Positions 46,782-58,802 of a stretch of 64,000 bases of DNA are shown here, piece by piece. The stretch is taken from the NCBI GenBank assembly GCA_000004985.1, contig GG738847.1. One strand, written 5' to 3'. The stretch is from Naegleria gruberi. Taxonomy: Eukaryota. Position 1 is the stretch's first letter. Each line of letters starts with the position of its first letter. Position numbers and translations under genes: made by a program. The notes below the pieces were generated by a model. That model saw nothing but the letters and a program-made list of their open reading frames with translations, made no database searches and was not told where the DNA came from.

Positions 46782-48203
46782 TTACTTTTTCTTATCAGAT
46801 TTCTTTTCCTTCTTTTCAGATTTCTTGTCAGATTTCTTTTCTTCAGACTTCTTTTCAGATTTCTTTTCTTCCTTCTTTTTATCGTCCTTCTTTTCAGATT
46901 TCTTTTCTGATTTCTTTTCTTCCTTCTTTTCGTCTTTTTTATGTTCTGATTTCTTTTCTTCCTTCTTTTCAGATTTCTTTTCGAGCTTATCAGACTTCTT
47001 CTCTTCCTTCTTTTCTACTTTCTTTTCATCCTTCTTCTCGTGTTTCTTTTCAGATTTCTTTTCTTCAGATTTCTTTTCAGATTTTTTCTCTACCTTTTCT
47101 TCTTTCTTTTCGGATTTCTTTTCTTCCTTTTTATGTTCAGATTTCTTGTCTTCTTTCTTTTTATCGTCCTTCTTTTCAGATTTCTTTTCTTCCTTCTTTC
47201 TATCGTCCTTCTTTTCAGATTTCTTTTCATGCTTATCAGACTTCTTTTCTTCCTTCTTTTCAGATTTCTTTTCAGATTTCTTTTCACTCTTCTTATGTGA
47301 TTTAGATACGTCTACAGACTTGTCAGACCAACCATCAGGTTTGAAAATGTTTTGAGAAATTTTAACAGAGAATTCTTCTCTTTCTTGGATTCTAGATTTC
47401 TTTTCTTCGAGTTTTTTTTGTTTTTCCTTCAAGGCATCATATTTTGGCATATCAAGCTTTTGTTCAATTCTATAGAATCCATCAATTGTTGAATTTCTCA
47501 GTCTATGGTCGTCGCTATCCTTAGTTGTAAATAATGGAGCAATAGATCCCTTAACACTATCTTCCCTAGAGAAAGCAAGTCCAGTATTTGAATCCAGCAT
47601 ATATTCATCTTGTTCTCCAAGAGATGAAATTCCTTCCAATTTCTTCTTAACTTCATCAACAGAAAATCCTTTTGGTATTTCAATAACATAAATTTTGCTA
47701 TTTTGTACATCTTCATATGTTATCTTTGGATCTTGTGGAGCATAGGTCATATTTGTTGGTAAAGTGAAGGTAAATTCAGAGTCTTCAATCATTGGCTCTT
47801 CAACAACAGGTTCAGGCTTTTCATCATCAGACATGTGTGTATCTTCTTGGACTTCATTGTCACTTTCATTATCAGATTCTTTTTTCTTTGTTTCTTCTTC
47901 ATCATCGGATTTGGAACTCTTTTTAGACTTTTTCTTCTTTGGTTCTTCATCTTCATTATCACTATCGGAAGACTTCTTTTTATCCTTCTTCTTTTCCTTC
48001 TTTTCCTTCTTTTCTTTCTTTTCCTTTTTCTCCTTTTTCTCCTTCTTTTCCTTCTTCTCCTTCTTATCCTTCTTTTTCTTTTCGGATTTCTTTGGAGATT
48101 CCTCTTTGGTTTCTTCCTCTGATTCCTCTATTGTTGTTGTTTTTGTTGTTGTTTCCTCTGCAGAGTCATCGTCGAGAAGTACTTGATGTTTTCTTTTGCT
48201 CAT
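46782..48203 (-). CDS. Nucleolar-type KKE/D-repeat protein (possibly RNA polymerase I subunit A34.5/RPA34-like). N- and C-terminal (S/E)EKK tandem repeats flank a small globular domain.
   Basis: ATG at 48203. The (KKEKKE)n and (KKSEKKEE)n arrays are encoded by about 24-nt tandem DNA repeats. The central segment IYVIEIPKGFSVDEVKK...SIAPLF weakly resembles the A34.5 core, which in yeast is followed by a K-rich tail. Confidence 0.5.
   Translation of the reverse strand: MSKRKHQVLLDDDSAEETTTKTTTIEESEEETKEESPKKSEKKKKDKKEKKEKKEKKEKKEKKEKKEKKEKKKDKKKSSDSDNEDEEPKKKKSKKSSKSDDEEETKKKESDNESDNEVQEDTHMSDDEKPEPVVEEPMIEDSEFTFTLPTNMTYAPQDPKITYEDVQNSKIYVIEIPKGFSVDEVKKKLEGISSLGEQDEYMLDSNTGLAFSREDSVKGSIAPLFTTKDSDDHRLRNSTIDGFYRIEQKLDMPKYDALKEKQKKLEEKKSRIQEREEFSVKISQNIFKPDGWSDKSVDVSKSHKKSEKKSEKKSEKKEEKKSDKHEKKSEKKDDRKKEEKKSEKKDDKKKEDKKSEHKKEEKKSEKKEEKVEKKSEKKSEEKKSEKKHEKKDEKKVEKKEEKKSDKLEKKSEKKEEKKSEHKKDEKKEEKKSEKKSEKKDDKKKEEKKSEKKSEEKKSDKKSEKKEKKSDKKK
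46790..47300. repeat. Tandem array of about 24-nt units (ttcttttcagatttcttttcttcc...) encoding the C-terminal SEKKEEKK repeats of the 46782..48203 gene. A second array of 15-24-nt units at about 47930-48110 encodes the N-terminal KKEKKE repeats.
   Basis: The periodicity is visible directly in the sequence. It also produces several spurious overlapping ORFs on both strands in the track. Confidence 0.85.
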
Positions 48204-48443
48204 TTTTTTTGAACTTCATTTAAAATTTTTATTGCCAAGTTATTTCGATATTAATTATTCATGTTGTTATCAACTTGAGCGTTTTGAACGAGATTTTGAA
48301 AGGAAAACCCAACATAAGAATCGATATTATTAATCTATGAGTAATGCTTGCTGGTAAAAACAAGTTTTTATTAAATTTTCTTCATCCATTTAATGTAAAA
48401 TTTGTGAAGGAAGAATAAGAAAAAAATAGAGCAAGTTTAAACC

Positions 48444-48855
48444 ATGCCAATCCTTGGTATTCCACCTCCTAGAATCACTAGGGCCACCCAAAAGTATCAC
48501 GTCAAGTTTGGATTTGAAATCTTCTCCAATTTATTACACATGATGAGAACAGCTCACAGATTCGGAGAGCCACAAAAGACTGTATGTTTTTTAAAATCTT
48601 CCGATAATGTTATCAACCATATATTATCATGATTATTAGCAAATAATTAAACAAATTAAACAACAAGTCAGATTACATAAATATGAAAAGAATAGAGAAA
48701 AAATCAATGATTTAATTTATGATTTGAGAAATGCCATGTCTGATTTGGATTTCAAATTGGAATGTAAGATGGGAGGTTCTGTTCCAGTGCCACAAAATCA
48801 AAATGCTATGAATATTAGTACTCTCAAAAAGAGAGTACCCAAAAAGACAAAATAG
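48444..48855 (+). CDS. Small basic protein of about 117 aa, unknown function. Exons 48444..48581 and 48640..48855, joined by a 58-nt intron (GTATGT...TTAG).
   Basis: ATG start. The ORF ends just after an ACT|GTATGT donor. A phase-0 acceptor opens a 71-codon continuation with no stop, which is unlikely by chance in AT-rich DNA. Confidence 0.4.
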
Positions 48856-48970
48856 ATTTTCACATTGGAACTATGTTTGTAGAAAATTGATTGGATTTTA
48901 GTTTTGAGGAGAGTGAAAGTTGAATAGATTTTGAAAATTATTTAATTGATAAATAATTGAAATTTAATAT

Positions 48971-50056
48971 TTATCTTCTATATTGATTTTGAGGAAATTG
49001 TTGTTGAGGTGGAGGTTGTTGGTAGTTTTGTTGGAAGTTCTGTTGTTGATTAGGGAAATTGTTTGGTTGTTGCATAAATGATTGATTAGCTCCAAAGGTC
49101 ATTCCTTGTTGTGGAAACATTGGCTGGTGGAATGAATTAAACATTGGCTGGTGCATGCCCATTTGCATATTTTGCATGTTTTGCATTGCTTGTAAGTGTT
49201 GTTGTCTCATATTATTTTGCATATTCATCATGTTGTGGTGCATAGATGCAAACGGATCGTTGAAGAATGGATCATTTCCGAATGGATTAGAGAATGGATC
49301 AGTGTTAAATGTTGGTCCTGAAGAGAATGGATTTTGCATTGGAGCAAATCCACCACCAAATCCAGAACTTGAACTAACGGTAGTAGTTGATGTTCCATTT
49401 CCATTTGAAGTTACAGTCTTTGAGCTTGTCATTGTTACAGGAATGTCACCAGAAGATCCAAGATTGACTGTTTTTGAGCTGGTACTTGTTGAAATTACTC
49501 TACCATCAGTTCCCAATACTTTCTTTGTAGTGGTCTTGGTTTGAGTTTGTGGTTGACCTGATTTGGCGTCGTTAATGATTGTCTTAGTGGATCTAACATA
49601 TCTATTTCCACTTTCGTCCTCTCCTTCACTATCTTCATGTTCTATTTCCTCCTCAACGAGAAATGAATTTGGATTTCTCATCATTATATTTCCTTGCTGT
49701 TGTTGTTGTTGATAATTTCTCATTTCGTGATGGGGTGTTTTATGTACAAAATCTTGTTGGTCTTCCATGACTTCTTCTCCATCTGATAATTCTTCAAATT
49801 GTAAATTTGTATTACCATTAGATGAGGAGGCTCCTTCGTTTAGTCCGTGAACGTTTGTTCTGTTATGGTGATGATCATCTTGCTCTATAATTGTAAAATT
49901 ACTGCCATGTTGTTGTTGTTGTTGTTGTTGTATGGTTGGTTGTTGTTGTTGTTGATCGGAGGAGGAGTAATAGTAGGCTTCCTGTGGCTGATGATCGGAA
50001 ACATCTTGAAAGGCTTCCTGCACAGTTTTCATCTTTTTGTTTCCTCTTCCATCCAT
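48971..50056 (-). CDS. Q/N-rich low-complexity protein with clustered NPF/DPF motifs (endocytic-adaptor-like).
   Basis: 361 aa, ATG start. Poly-Q tracts. C-terminal DPFSNPFGNDPFFNDPF and a Met/Gln/Asn-rich tail. A (caa)n microsatellite at about 49911-49965. Confidence 0.55.
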   Translation of the reverse strand: MDGRGNKKMKTVQEAFQDVSDHQPQEAYYYSSSDQQQQQPTIQQQQQQQHGSNFTIIEQDDHHHNRTNVHGLNEGASSSNGNTNLQFEELSDGEEVMEDQQDFVHKTPHHEMRNYQQQQQQGNIMMRNPNSFLVEEEIEHEDSEGEDESGNRYVRSTKTIINDAKSGQPQTQTKTTTKKVLGTDGRVISTSTSSKTVNLGSSGDIPVTMTSSKTVTSNGNGTSTTTVSSSSGFGGGFAPMQNPFSSGPTFNTDPFSNPFGNDPFFNDPFASMHHNMMNMQNNMRQQHLQAMQNMQNMQMGMHQPMFNSFHQPMFPQQGMTFGANQSFMQQPNNFPNQQQNFQQNYQQPPPQQQFPQNQYRR

Positions 50057-50353
50057 TTTCTTATTCGTTAAATTATTCGTTTTTTTTGTTGTCTATTTTT
50101 AATCCTAAAATTGTTGAAACCAATCTTGGAGTAAGGTCCACCACATTTGAAAACTTTCTGTGAATACGAACAATCATGTGCTGGTTTGTGAGATTCATAG
50201 CATCATACTAATTGGTAATGGCATGGTATATCCTAGTAATGGAATTTATATATTTAAGGAATTATTGCCTAGCCATCTTTGAAAGATATTGATCACTGCA
50301 GAGGACCAATTTTTAATTGCAACAAAACTGTAAATTGAGAAAGGCAATACTAG

Positions 50354-51817
50354 TTGCATTATCAAAGATTGTCATTGACTCATGATGATGAGAATCTCTT
50401 CTCGTACGATTCATTAATTGTGCAGAGCTCTAAATGTTTGATGGTGGTCATATCTCGTTTTGAATCAAAACACTTACCAAACACAACAAAGAGTCTCAAA
50501 AAAAAGATGAATCAACAACAACAACCTTATCATTTGTATCTATTGAATCAAAAACCAAGAAAGAGTATTCTCAAGACTACTGCCTCACAAGTTGGTGCTC
50601 CAAAAGCTTCAAAGACTGCTACTTTTTTCAAAGAAGAGCAACGAAAGGAGCCAATTACAACTCTTCAAACAAAAACTCTTTCATTCGGAGCCAACAACAG
50701 TTCTCCTCCTCAACAAGAACAACAATCGGAATCTAGCAATATGAGCAAAAGCATTGGATTTTCATCACAAACTCCTGCTTTGAATGAGAATATTTCAAGT
50801 GGTAGTGTTTCCCAGTATTCATTAGCTTCAACCCAACAATTGGCACCATCGAAAACAATAGACTCTTCACCAACAACATTCTTTTACAAGCCATCACCGT
50901 CTTTACTCTTCCAATCTCTCATTTCTGACCTTCCATTGAAACCAGATGATGTTTCCAATCAAACAATAAGCAACAAGCCACTCGACTCCTTATCTTCCTT
51001 AATGGAAACTAATAATGGTCAATCGCTTTCCTCCAACAACAATATGAATCATCATTTAACTTTTAACACTCAATACTCCAATACAACTCTCCAAAATGAT
51101 TGCAACAATAATACAGATTCAACATGTCAACCTCTAGTATTTCAAAGAATGAACACAGTTTCATCTCTTCTCTCTCTTTTCCCTTCAATCCAAAAAGAAA
51201 CACAAGACACAAAAATGAGTCAACAACAAGTGGGCAGACATGTTGCTCCATCTTCTTCAGCAACAACCTCATCGGATAATCTTTCTCATCATTCGTTGAT
51301 TAATGGAGGTGTGGTAGGATTATCAAACCAATCTAACATGTTCAAAAAGGATTACTCTAAAGCTATAAGACAATTTCAAAATCAAACAACAAATCAATTT
51401 ATACAACGAACGATAGCCTCCAATCTAGATAATATTCAAAAGAATAGACCAAACATTGCTTCCGACAGATCCTTCCTTGAAGGCATGGAATTGGGAATGC
51501 AATTAAATGGTTTTTTGAATAAGCTTACACGTGATAGCAAGGACTACATCAAGGAATTACTCGATGACGTCTCCAGAAGAACAGCACAGGTTCCTCCAAC
51601 TACTATAGTGCACAATATTTCATCACCAACCATGCCAATCATTCCTACCACCACAACATCACCAATGCCAGTCACTTCACCAACCATTGATCCTTTCGTT
51701 CATTCCTCTGTGCAAAACATTATGCAAAAGGGTCAAGAACAAGCTTTCCAAACCCTCTTTGTTAGGAAATGTATGCAAGAGGCTGTTTCTAGAGCCATTC
51801 ACAACTCTCAACACTAA
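50354..51817 (+). CDS. Ser/Thr/Asn/Gln-rich low-complexity protein with a structured C-terminal domain of unknown function.
   Basis: Continuous 487-codon ORF. The caller's start is a TTG. The first ATGs are MVVISRF... and MNQQQQ... about 30-50 codons downstream. Confidence 0.45.
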   Translation: MHYQRLSLTHDDENLFSYDSLIVQSSKCLMVVISRFESKHLPNTTKSLKKKMNQQQQPYHLYLLNQKPRKSILKTTASQVGAPKASKTATFFKEEQRKEPITTLQTKTLSFGANNSSPPQQEQQSESSNMSKSIGFSSQTPALNENISSGSVSQYSLASTQQLAPSKTIDSSPTTFFYKPSPSLLFQSLISDLPLKPDDVSNQTISNKPLDSLSSLMETNNGQSLSSNNNMNHHLTFNTQYSNTTLQNDCNNNTDSTCQPLVFQRMNTVSSLLSLFPSIQKETQDTKMSQQQVGRHVAPSSSATTSSDNLSHHSLINGGVVGLSNQSNMFKKDYSKAIRQFQNQTTNQFIQRTIASNLDNIQKNRPNIASDRSFLEGMELGMQLNGFLNKLTRDSKDYIKELLDDVSRRTAQVPPTTIVHNISSPTMPIIPTTTTSPMPVTSPTIDPFVHSSVQNIMQKGQEQAFQTLFVRKCMQEAVSRAIHNSQH

Positions 51818-51937
51818 GTGCTACTCTCATGTAACTGTATAATAAACTCTAACTAGTACACTAACCAATGTATTTACAAAGACTGAATAATAAGACGAAT
51901 AAGAAGCTTGCAGTTTTGATGACCAAAGCATAAAAAA

Positions 51938-54900
51938 ATGACGTCATTGCAATCTTCATCATTGAGTGATGTTCTATTAGACGATGACACACAGAACAAC
52001 TCCTCGGAAAGATCGTTGGAAGATATTAAACTTTATAATTTTGAGGAAATTGGAGAACATTCTGTACAAATTAAAAAACGATTATATGTTACCGATTTTT
52101 TGAAAAAGACATCTGGATCGGAACAAGATGAAGGAAATTATTTTTCTAAATTATCTAAAATGTTGTCAATGATTTACAATACATACACAAACAAGGATCA
52201 ATCAGCAACAGAAAAAAGTCAAGACAATAATGTTAGACAATCTATCATTCAGAAATTTCATCAAAATTGGGCTATTGAATACACTTCTAATGGGCTATAT
52301 ACCCTAAAGGAGGCAACACTGAGATTGCTTAATGAAGATTTAGTTTCATTAGCAAGTGTGAAAGCTATGGAGTGGACTGACAGAAGAAAAATATTATCCT
52401 GTTCAGACGATTTAGTAGTAGTCACATGTTCAGACGATGGAAAGATTCGAGTCTACACACATGACCTTAAATTACTAATTTCAATTGATTTGAACTCTCT
52501 ATTGAATTTTGACAAGCATTCTATGAGTGGACCATCAATTTCAAATGTAAAAATTTCAAAGCCATCACTTAATTCGGAAAGGTAAGATTTTATTGAGAAT
52601 TTTTGAGTATTTAATCAAGGATAGATATGACATTTTGTTCCTATATGAGCAATCAGTTTTTGTTATTCCTCTAGTTAAGAATTCATCAAACTTCCAACTT
52701 TACAAGATGAAGAGCTATTCTGATCAAGTTTTATCTTTCGATATTTATAATGATAGCGAAAATGGAAGAATTATTTCTCTAGTTTTGGAACATGGTGAGC
52801 AGGAATCAATTTTCTTGAGTTATCCTGAATTGGAAGATTCTACTCTTGTTAAGGTTGATCAAAAACCAAAACGCACCAAATTATCAACATCCTTCTTGAG
52901 TAATAGTGATGATGTAATTGTAAATCCAAAACTTGTATTTTCTAAAGATGGATCACGTTGCGCCTTTTTATCAACAGCTAAAAAGCTCTACATTTACCGA
53001 GCTCCATTTCCATTTAAGAATGACTCCAGAATCCAACATATGAGTGAAATAGTAGATGTAGTAGAGTTTAATTGGTGGTCAACCTCATCAGTTATAATTT
53101 GTACAACCTCTAATCAATTATCAGTGTTGGATGTAACATCAAAATCAAACATTCTCGGAGATGGTGATGTAACAGAGGATGTGGAAGGAATGCCAATCAT
53201 TTCTAGTTCTCATGATGGAAAATTCTTCTTATTGGAATATGAACCTAATGTAAATCAACTCAAATTGGACCAACAATATCTCCTGCTTCAAGAGCAACAG
53301 AAGCAAATGCAAACATTGGAAAATGCTTCAGAAACTTCTTTATTTAGCGCCTTTGCCACCTTGCTGACGTTCCTTTTCCCAAAGGCCATTAAAGAACCAG
53401 AAGAGTTAAAGGAAGAAAACATGATTCCATCCACTTTATCACTTGCCTACAGACTTTATAGATTCTGTAAGAAGCAACCTGAATTAGAATTCAAGGAAAA
53501 GTTAGAACAAGGAGATTTGGAAGAGGCTTTATCATTAGCCAAATCATACTCCTTGGATTTAAATCAAGTTTACAAGAAAATGTGGAGAAGACAAGTCATT
53601 TCACTCTTTTCCATTGAAATACTCAACCAAGTCTCGGATAAGAATTGGATTATTGAGGAATGTATCCAGAGAGTAGCCACCAATGAAGAAAGCATGAGAG
53701 CTCTTCTCGAGTGTGGTCTCACCATAACAGAACAAATGTTAAAGGAATTAGATGACGAAGATATTGTACAAAAGCGTTTGAAGATCCTTTACTATTTAGA
53801 CAGATTGGATATGTACATGCAACTTGCAGATCAACAATATAAGGCTGACCAGTACAATTCTTTCAGAAATTGTGATCTATTCGAGTATGCCAAGGAAAAA
53901 GCCTCTATGAAAGATTTAGATTCCTTGAAGACAGTTTTATCATATGGGTTGCGAGTGGAAAAATTGAATCATCAAAGCAGATCTATTTCTCCACACCTTA
54001 TTCTAGACATTTTATCTTTTATACCAGAATCTCTGGATCCAAGACTATACGAGGATGCATTACCAGGAGTAGAATCTGGTAAATTGAAACGCTGGGATCA
54101 AATTAGTTTGAGCAGATTGTGTAATGATTTTTGTGAAGAAAAATTGCCAAAACTCGATACCATCTACCCAACATCACAGGAAATAACTGAGTGGTATATT
54201 GGTAGGGCTGAAACTATTGATGTTACCTCAGGTATGGTGAGCTATGCTGAGACGATACTGGCTATTGGTATTAACAAGAATGTTAATGGATTGGAAGAAA
54301 AACTGAATCAACTGAAATTCTTGTCCCAAATGATTTATAATAGAGGCAATCTGTTTAATTTGAATAAGCAACTTGTCTCCATCAAAGATTTTGAAGAAAA
54401 CATGTCCAACTATGACAAATTCAAATTGCTCATTAATAAGAATAGTGTAGATATTGTCTCCCAGCTTGTCAACAAGGGAATCAATTTCGTTGAACATTGT
54501 GAAGAGGAAAAGACTGGAAAAGACTCACTTATTTATCGATTTGTTGCTCACGAACTTGCACCATACAGCTTTGAGCAATGTTGCAAGATATTAACTGCTC
54601 AACAAAGAACAAGCTTATTGGGAGACAATGAGACCATTACTCTCTTAGCTATTGAATGTATTTACTCGGTCAAGAACTGGAAAGAAAATACTGAAAATAT
54701 TATTAGAGTATTGAATGCTCTCCCTACATCGAATATTCACGAAGAATTGGAAGACCAAGTCAATCAACTCAAGAGAAATACTCTAGCAGTTACCATTCTC
54801 TCTAAACAGTAAGTTTTCAATTTGTTCACCAACTTTAACATGTAAAAATAGTAACCTTTCTATTCAACTTTCATTGTCGATGGATTTGGAAGCTGAGGGA

Positions 54901-57900
54901 AATAATATTATGCAAGAACTTTTGCAAACAGGTATCAAGAGTGCAAAATCTGAGAGATCATACCAAACACTCTATAATGATTTGAATAATCTTCACAAGT
55001 CCTGCTTTGCTCACTTGTCTCTCAATGATATTTATCACCAATTTTTGAAAAACTGCTGCCTCTCTGGTCATGCCAATTTGGCCTATGATTACATTGTTGC
55101 CAAGTGTATTCTTCCTTTTGATGAAGCTGATGATGTCATATTTGAGGCTACTTCTGAGCTTTTCAACAGTTCTGTGCAACCAACTGATTCTTCCATAATG
55201 ATTGCCGATAAGTGTATCTCACTACACCAAAGCTTACAAAATGAGAAGCACATTTCCCTCTCACAAGAACATAAGTGGAAGAGAGAAAAAGATGTATTGG
55301 CAGCTTTTAGAATGCTTGACAAAATTTATACCAACTATCCTCCAGCATTATTCTTGAAAAAGCATAGCCCTGTTGAAGTAATCAAATACCTAATTGAAAA
55401 TAATACAACAGGAACTGAGGAAGAAAGATTGAAAGAATTTTATGAAATTTCCAAGTTATTGGGTGGAACTGAGCATGATAAGAAGGAAATTAAAAAGTTG
55501 GCTATTGAATCATCTTTGGAGCAGGCTGGCTCAGGAAATATTTCAGTAATCAAGACCCTTATGGAGCAAAATCATACTGGAGTTTACAAAATCTGCTCCA
55601 AGATGAGTATCGACAGCATGTGTGAAATTTCACATGAAGACCGCTTGAAATTTGTAAGTTTTATTCATATATTTATTTAATTTACAATCGAATATAGGCC
55701 TCATTTGCTATCCAAAATTGTGATCCTTCAGAACTTTCTGAAATGATCTCTAACTATGAACTAATTGAATCACAAGAGCTTTTCTCCTCTCGCTCATCCA
55801 TTAAACCATTGACAGAGTGTGTACTTCTTGCCCATCAAGAATTTGAGAAACTGACCAAGACTACCCCATTCAATGCAAACTTTGTAGGTTCATCTCCAAT
55901 TTATTCTAGCAGTTCGGAAGTATCATTCCTCTCCAAGTTTGGCATTTCTTCCAGCTCGTTAGAAATTGAACACCTTCTCAAATTGAAGGCTTCACATATT
56001 AGAAATTGTATAGCTACAGGTACTGATATTTCTCTAGAGTCACTCCTTGAATTTGCAAGCTTGACCCTACTGAATGGTCATATCATTTCATTTGTTTCTA
56101 TACTAATTCAAGTACCTATTGAACAAATTGACCAGGTCAAAAGGTTATTTGACTCTATTCTTTCTTCTCAACCTCGTGAAACCAAGTCAAGCATTGTTGA
56201 AAGAATGCTCAGGGTGTTTAACTTTTACTTTGGACTAAGACTTTTGTTATTGGAAAACCCAGATGGATTGGCTGACTATTATGACGAGCTCAGCATTGAA
56301 GAAACTATTGAAAAGGCTTTAGAATCTGATTTGAAAACCGAATTCAGCTCAATTGTAGATATTTTAACTCTTTATAACGGATTGTTGTACATATGTAGTC
56401 ATTTCAATGAGCTTTCTACTTTATCCAACAACAAGTTGAGCTGTTTGAAATTTATAACCGAGGAGGATTATAGAATCAAGTCTCTTACCTTACTCTCTCA
56501 AACAAGCAACAAGGATCACCTACAAACTGTATTACAAGTGGCCGATAAGTTAAAATTAGGAAAGGATGAATTTTACCTTTGCTACCTGGAAGCAGTCTTG
56601 AAAAATAAGGTCATTTCTCAAGAAGACAAAACTTTCATATTTGAGTTTGTTTCAAACATTAACCGTGAGAAGGTAACCAGCTTATTATTACAATTTATGG
56701 AACCTTCACTTGCCAAAGAGTATGACCTCACAAAGCTTTCCTTCTTGATGGACGTTCTTTTATCGTTAGGAGATGACCAATTCAGAGATCAGAAACTTGT
56801 TCTAGACACCCTCTGTAAAGAATGCAAGGGAATTACCAATAAGGAGTATCACGGAATTCTCAACTCTACTTCTCCAGATTCCCTATTTGACCTTTTACGT
56901 CCATACATTAATCACCAAAATGTAAATACCATATTGGATAGTGTTGAGAAAGTAGTTAAGAATAACGTAGAAAGACCAAGATTTTACCTTTTCATCACTG
57001 AATCATTGTTGACAAGTAACAGCATTGACAATAAGGAAAAACCAACACTGGCAGAAGAGTACATTTGCAAGTTGACCGAGAGTGATATTAGATCTATAGT
57101 AGAAAAGCTTTCATTTAACAATAGTTACAAACTTCCTCATGCTATTCGTATTTCAATCATGAAGAACTCCCTCAATGTTATAACTAATTCTGAGCTCGAA
57201 CATTTTGTTAGAGGCAATATTTTCAGAATGTTGGCAGCCAAGAGAGTATTCCAAAGAGAGGAATTGGATAATTTACTCGGATTATTGGACAAGTATTTTA
57301 AAAACCAAGTTGGATTGACTAGAGTACTTGCCAATATTGCCCTCTGTACTCGAAGCAAAGATATGGTAGAATCAGTTCTTACCGATCTTAAAGAAGAATA
57401 CTCTGATATCTTCTCTGAAAGTAAGACTCCTGGTGAACAACCTTCGTTCCTTTCTACTGACTCCACTAAATCCTATCTGGAAATAGTTGACCAAGTCATT
57501 CAATGCCTAGTGGATCATGCTGAAGAGCTCAGCAATGAAACTGAGACCAATGATGAGGAAGACTTTACACAAGAAGAGCTCGAGAATTTAACATATGAAG
57601 AGGATGGCATATGTTGGCCTCCAAACAATGCTAAGCTTGGATGCACTTACTTGCATATTATTTTGGGCTCTATTAAGGATCTCTCAGACTTGTTCAATAC
57701 CATCCTCTCACATATTGAGCATACCACTAAGAAGGAAGATGACTTCCCTGTAAGAACTAGAATTGCTCTCATTAGAATTATTAGAAAATATAAGAAACCA
57801 CAAACTCCTTCACCTGAAATCAAACAAGAACAAATTGTAATTCAAAAAGAAGATTCTCCAATCATTGGTGAAGTACAAGAACCTAAAGTAGAAACACCTT

Positions 57901-58766
57901 CAACATTAGCTGATCAAGATGAAGACATTCTGTTGGCCATCTATCAGACCAAGGATGCCATTGGTGAAAACTTCCCATTACAAAAGGATGTTTATGCACA
58001 AACACCAAAACCACCAACTGATGAATTCAAAAACATGTTCTCTTCCCTTTTATCATCTACCTCAAATGAAAAACAATTCAAGGCACTTTCATTTATCTTG
58101 AGAATATGGTTCAAGGAGAAGAGACAATGTCAATCATTTTTAGAAGCACTTCTAGTTGACCTTCTTAACACTCTTGTAGATAGAAATGCTAAGGAAGAAA
58201 CAGTGTTGGATATTACTAGAGAGGAAGTCGAACTTTTGAACGAAACGATTGCTAATGATTTCTTTGAAAAGCTATTCAATAAGGGAAGTTATTTCCTCTC
58301 TTTCAAGTTTGCTCTCCAAACTAACCACAAGAATCTTGCTACAAATGTTGTAGAAAAACTCAAATCTCTTGCAGAATCGAACTCAGATTGCTTGGATACA
58401 GAATATATGGGAGTGATCTTTGATGAGTGCATTTCAAAGAATTTAATTTCAAAGCTTTTATCAGACCCTATTATTACCTTACTTTTCAATTGTAAAAAGT
58501 TGAAGTTATCTGAAAATAGTGAAGCTCATTTGATTTCAGAATTGGCACAAAGTGGGCTTAAGAAAAAGGCCACCAATAACCAAACACTATTAGCATGTGA
58601 GTATTTACAAAGAAAGGTGTATGGTATGCACTCTAGATTATGTGATTTGAACAGTGGTCTATTCTTACTGCGAAGATATTTACAACAATGCCAAACTCAT
58701 GTCAAAATTGATAGAAATGCAAAGGAGCAGTGCAGCAGTACATTGAAGAAGCTTGTTACAAAATAA
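51938..58766 (+). CDS. NBAS: NBAS (neuroblastoma-amplified sequence / Sec39-domain) homologue of about 2232 aa. Four exons: 51938..52581, 52625..54808, 54852..55653, 55698..58766. Introns 43, 43 and 44 nt.
   Basis: Four consecutive plus-strand ORFs. Each ends within 1-3 codons after a GTAAG donor and resumes after a TAG acceptor. All phases were verified against the track coordinates. N-terminal WD/beta-propeller blades. YRLYRFCKKQPELEFKEKLEQGDLEEALSLAKSYSLDLNQVYKKMWRRQVISLF...ECIQRV...LLECGL is collinear with the human NBAS Sec39 region (YRLVSLRSTTPEELYQRKIESEEYEEALSLAHTYGLDTDLVYQRQWRKS...HECLERV...LLQYGL). Confidence 0.8.
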
Positions 58767-58802
58767 ATCTAGTTTTTCAAAAGTTCCATTTCACTTAAAA
58801 AT

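Noticed and set aside
46553-48223. Cluster of overlapping ORFs on both strands (46553..47305+, 46825..47355+, 47040..47300+, 47090..47287-, 47764..48186+, 47835..48122+, 47939..48223+, 46380..46649-) encoding F/S/L-rich or K/R-rich peptides.
   Set aside because: They are antisense or frame-shifted readings of the 24-nt KKE/D tandem repeats of the gene at 46782..48203 and of the condensin acidic tail. They are low-complexity, repeat-driven and mutually overlapping, so they are not independent genes.
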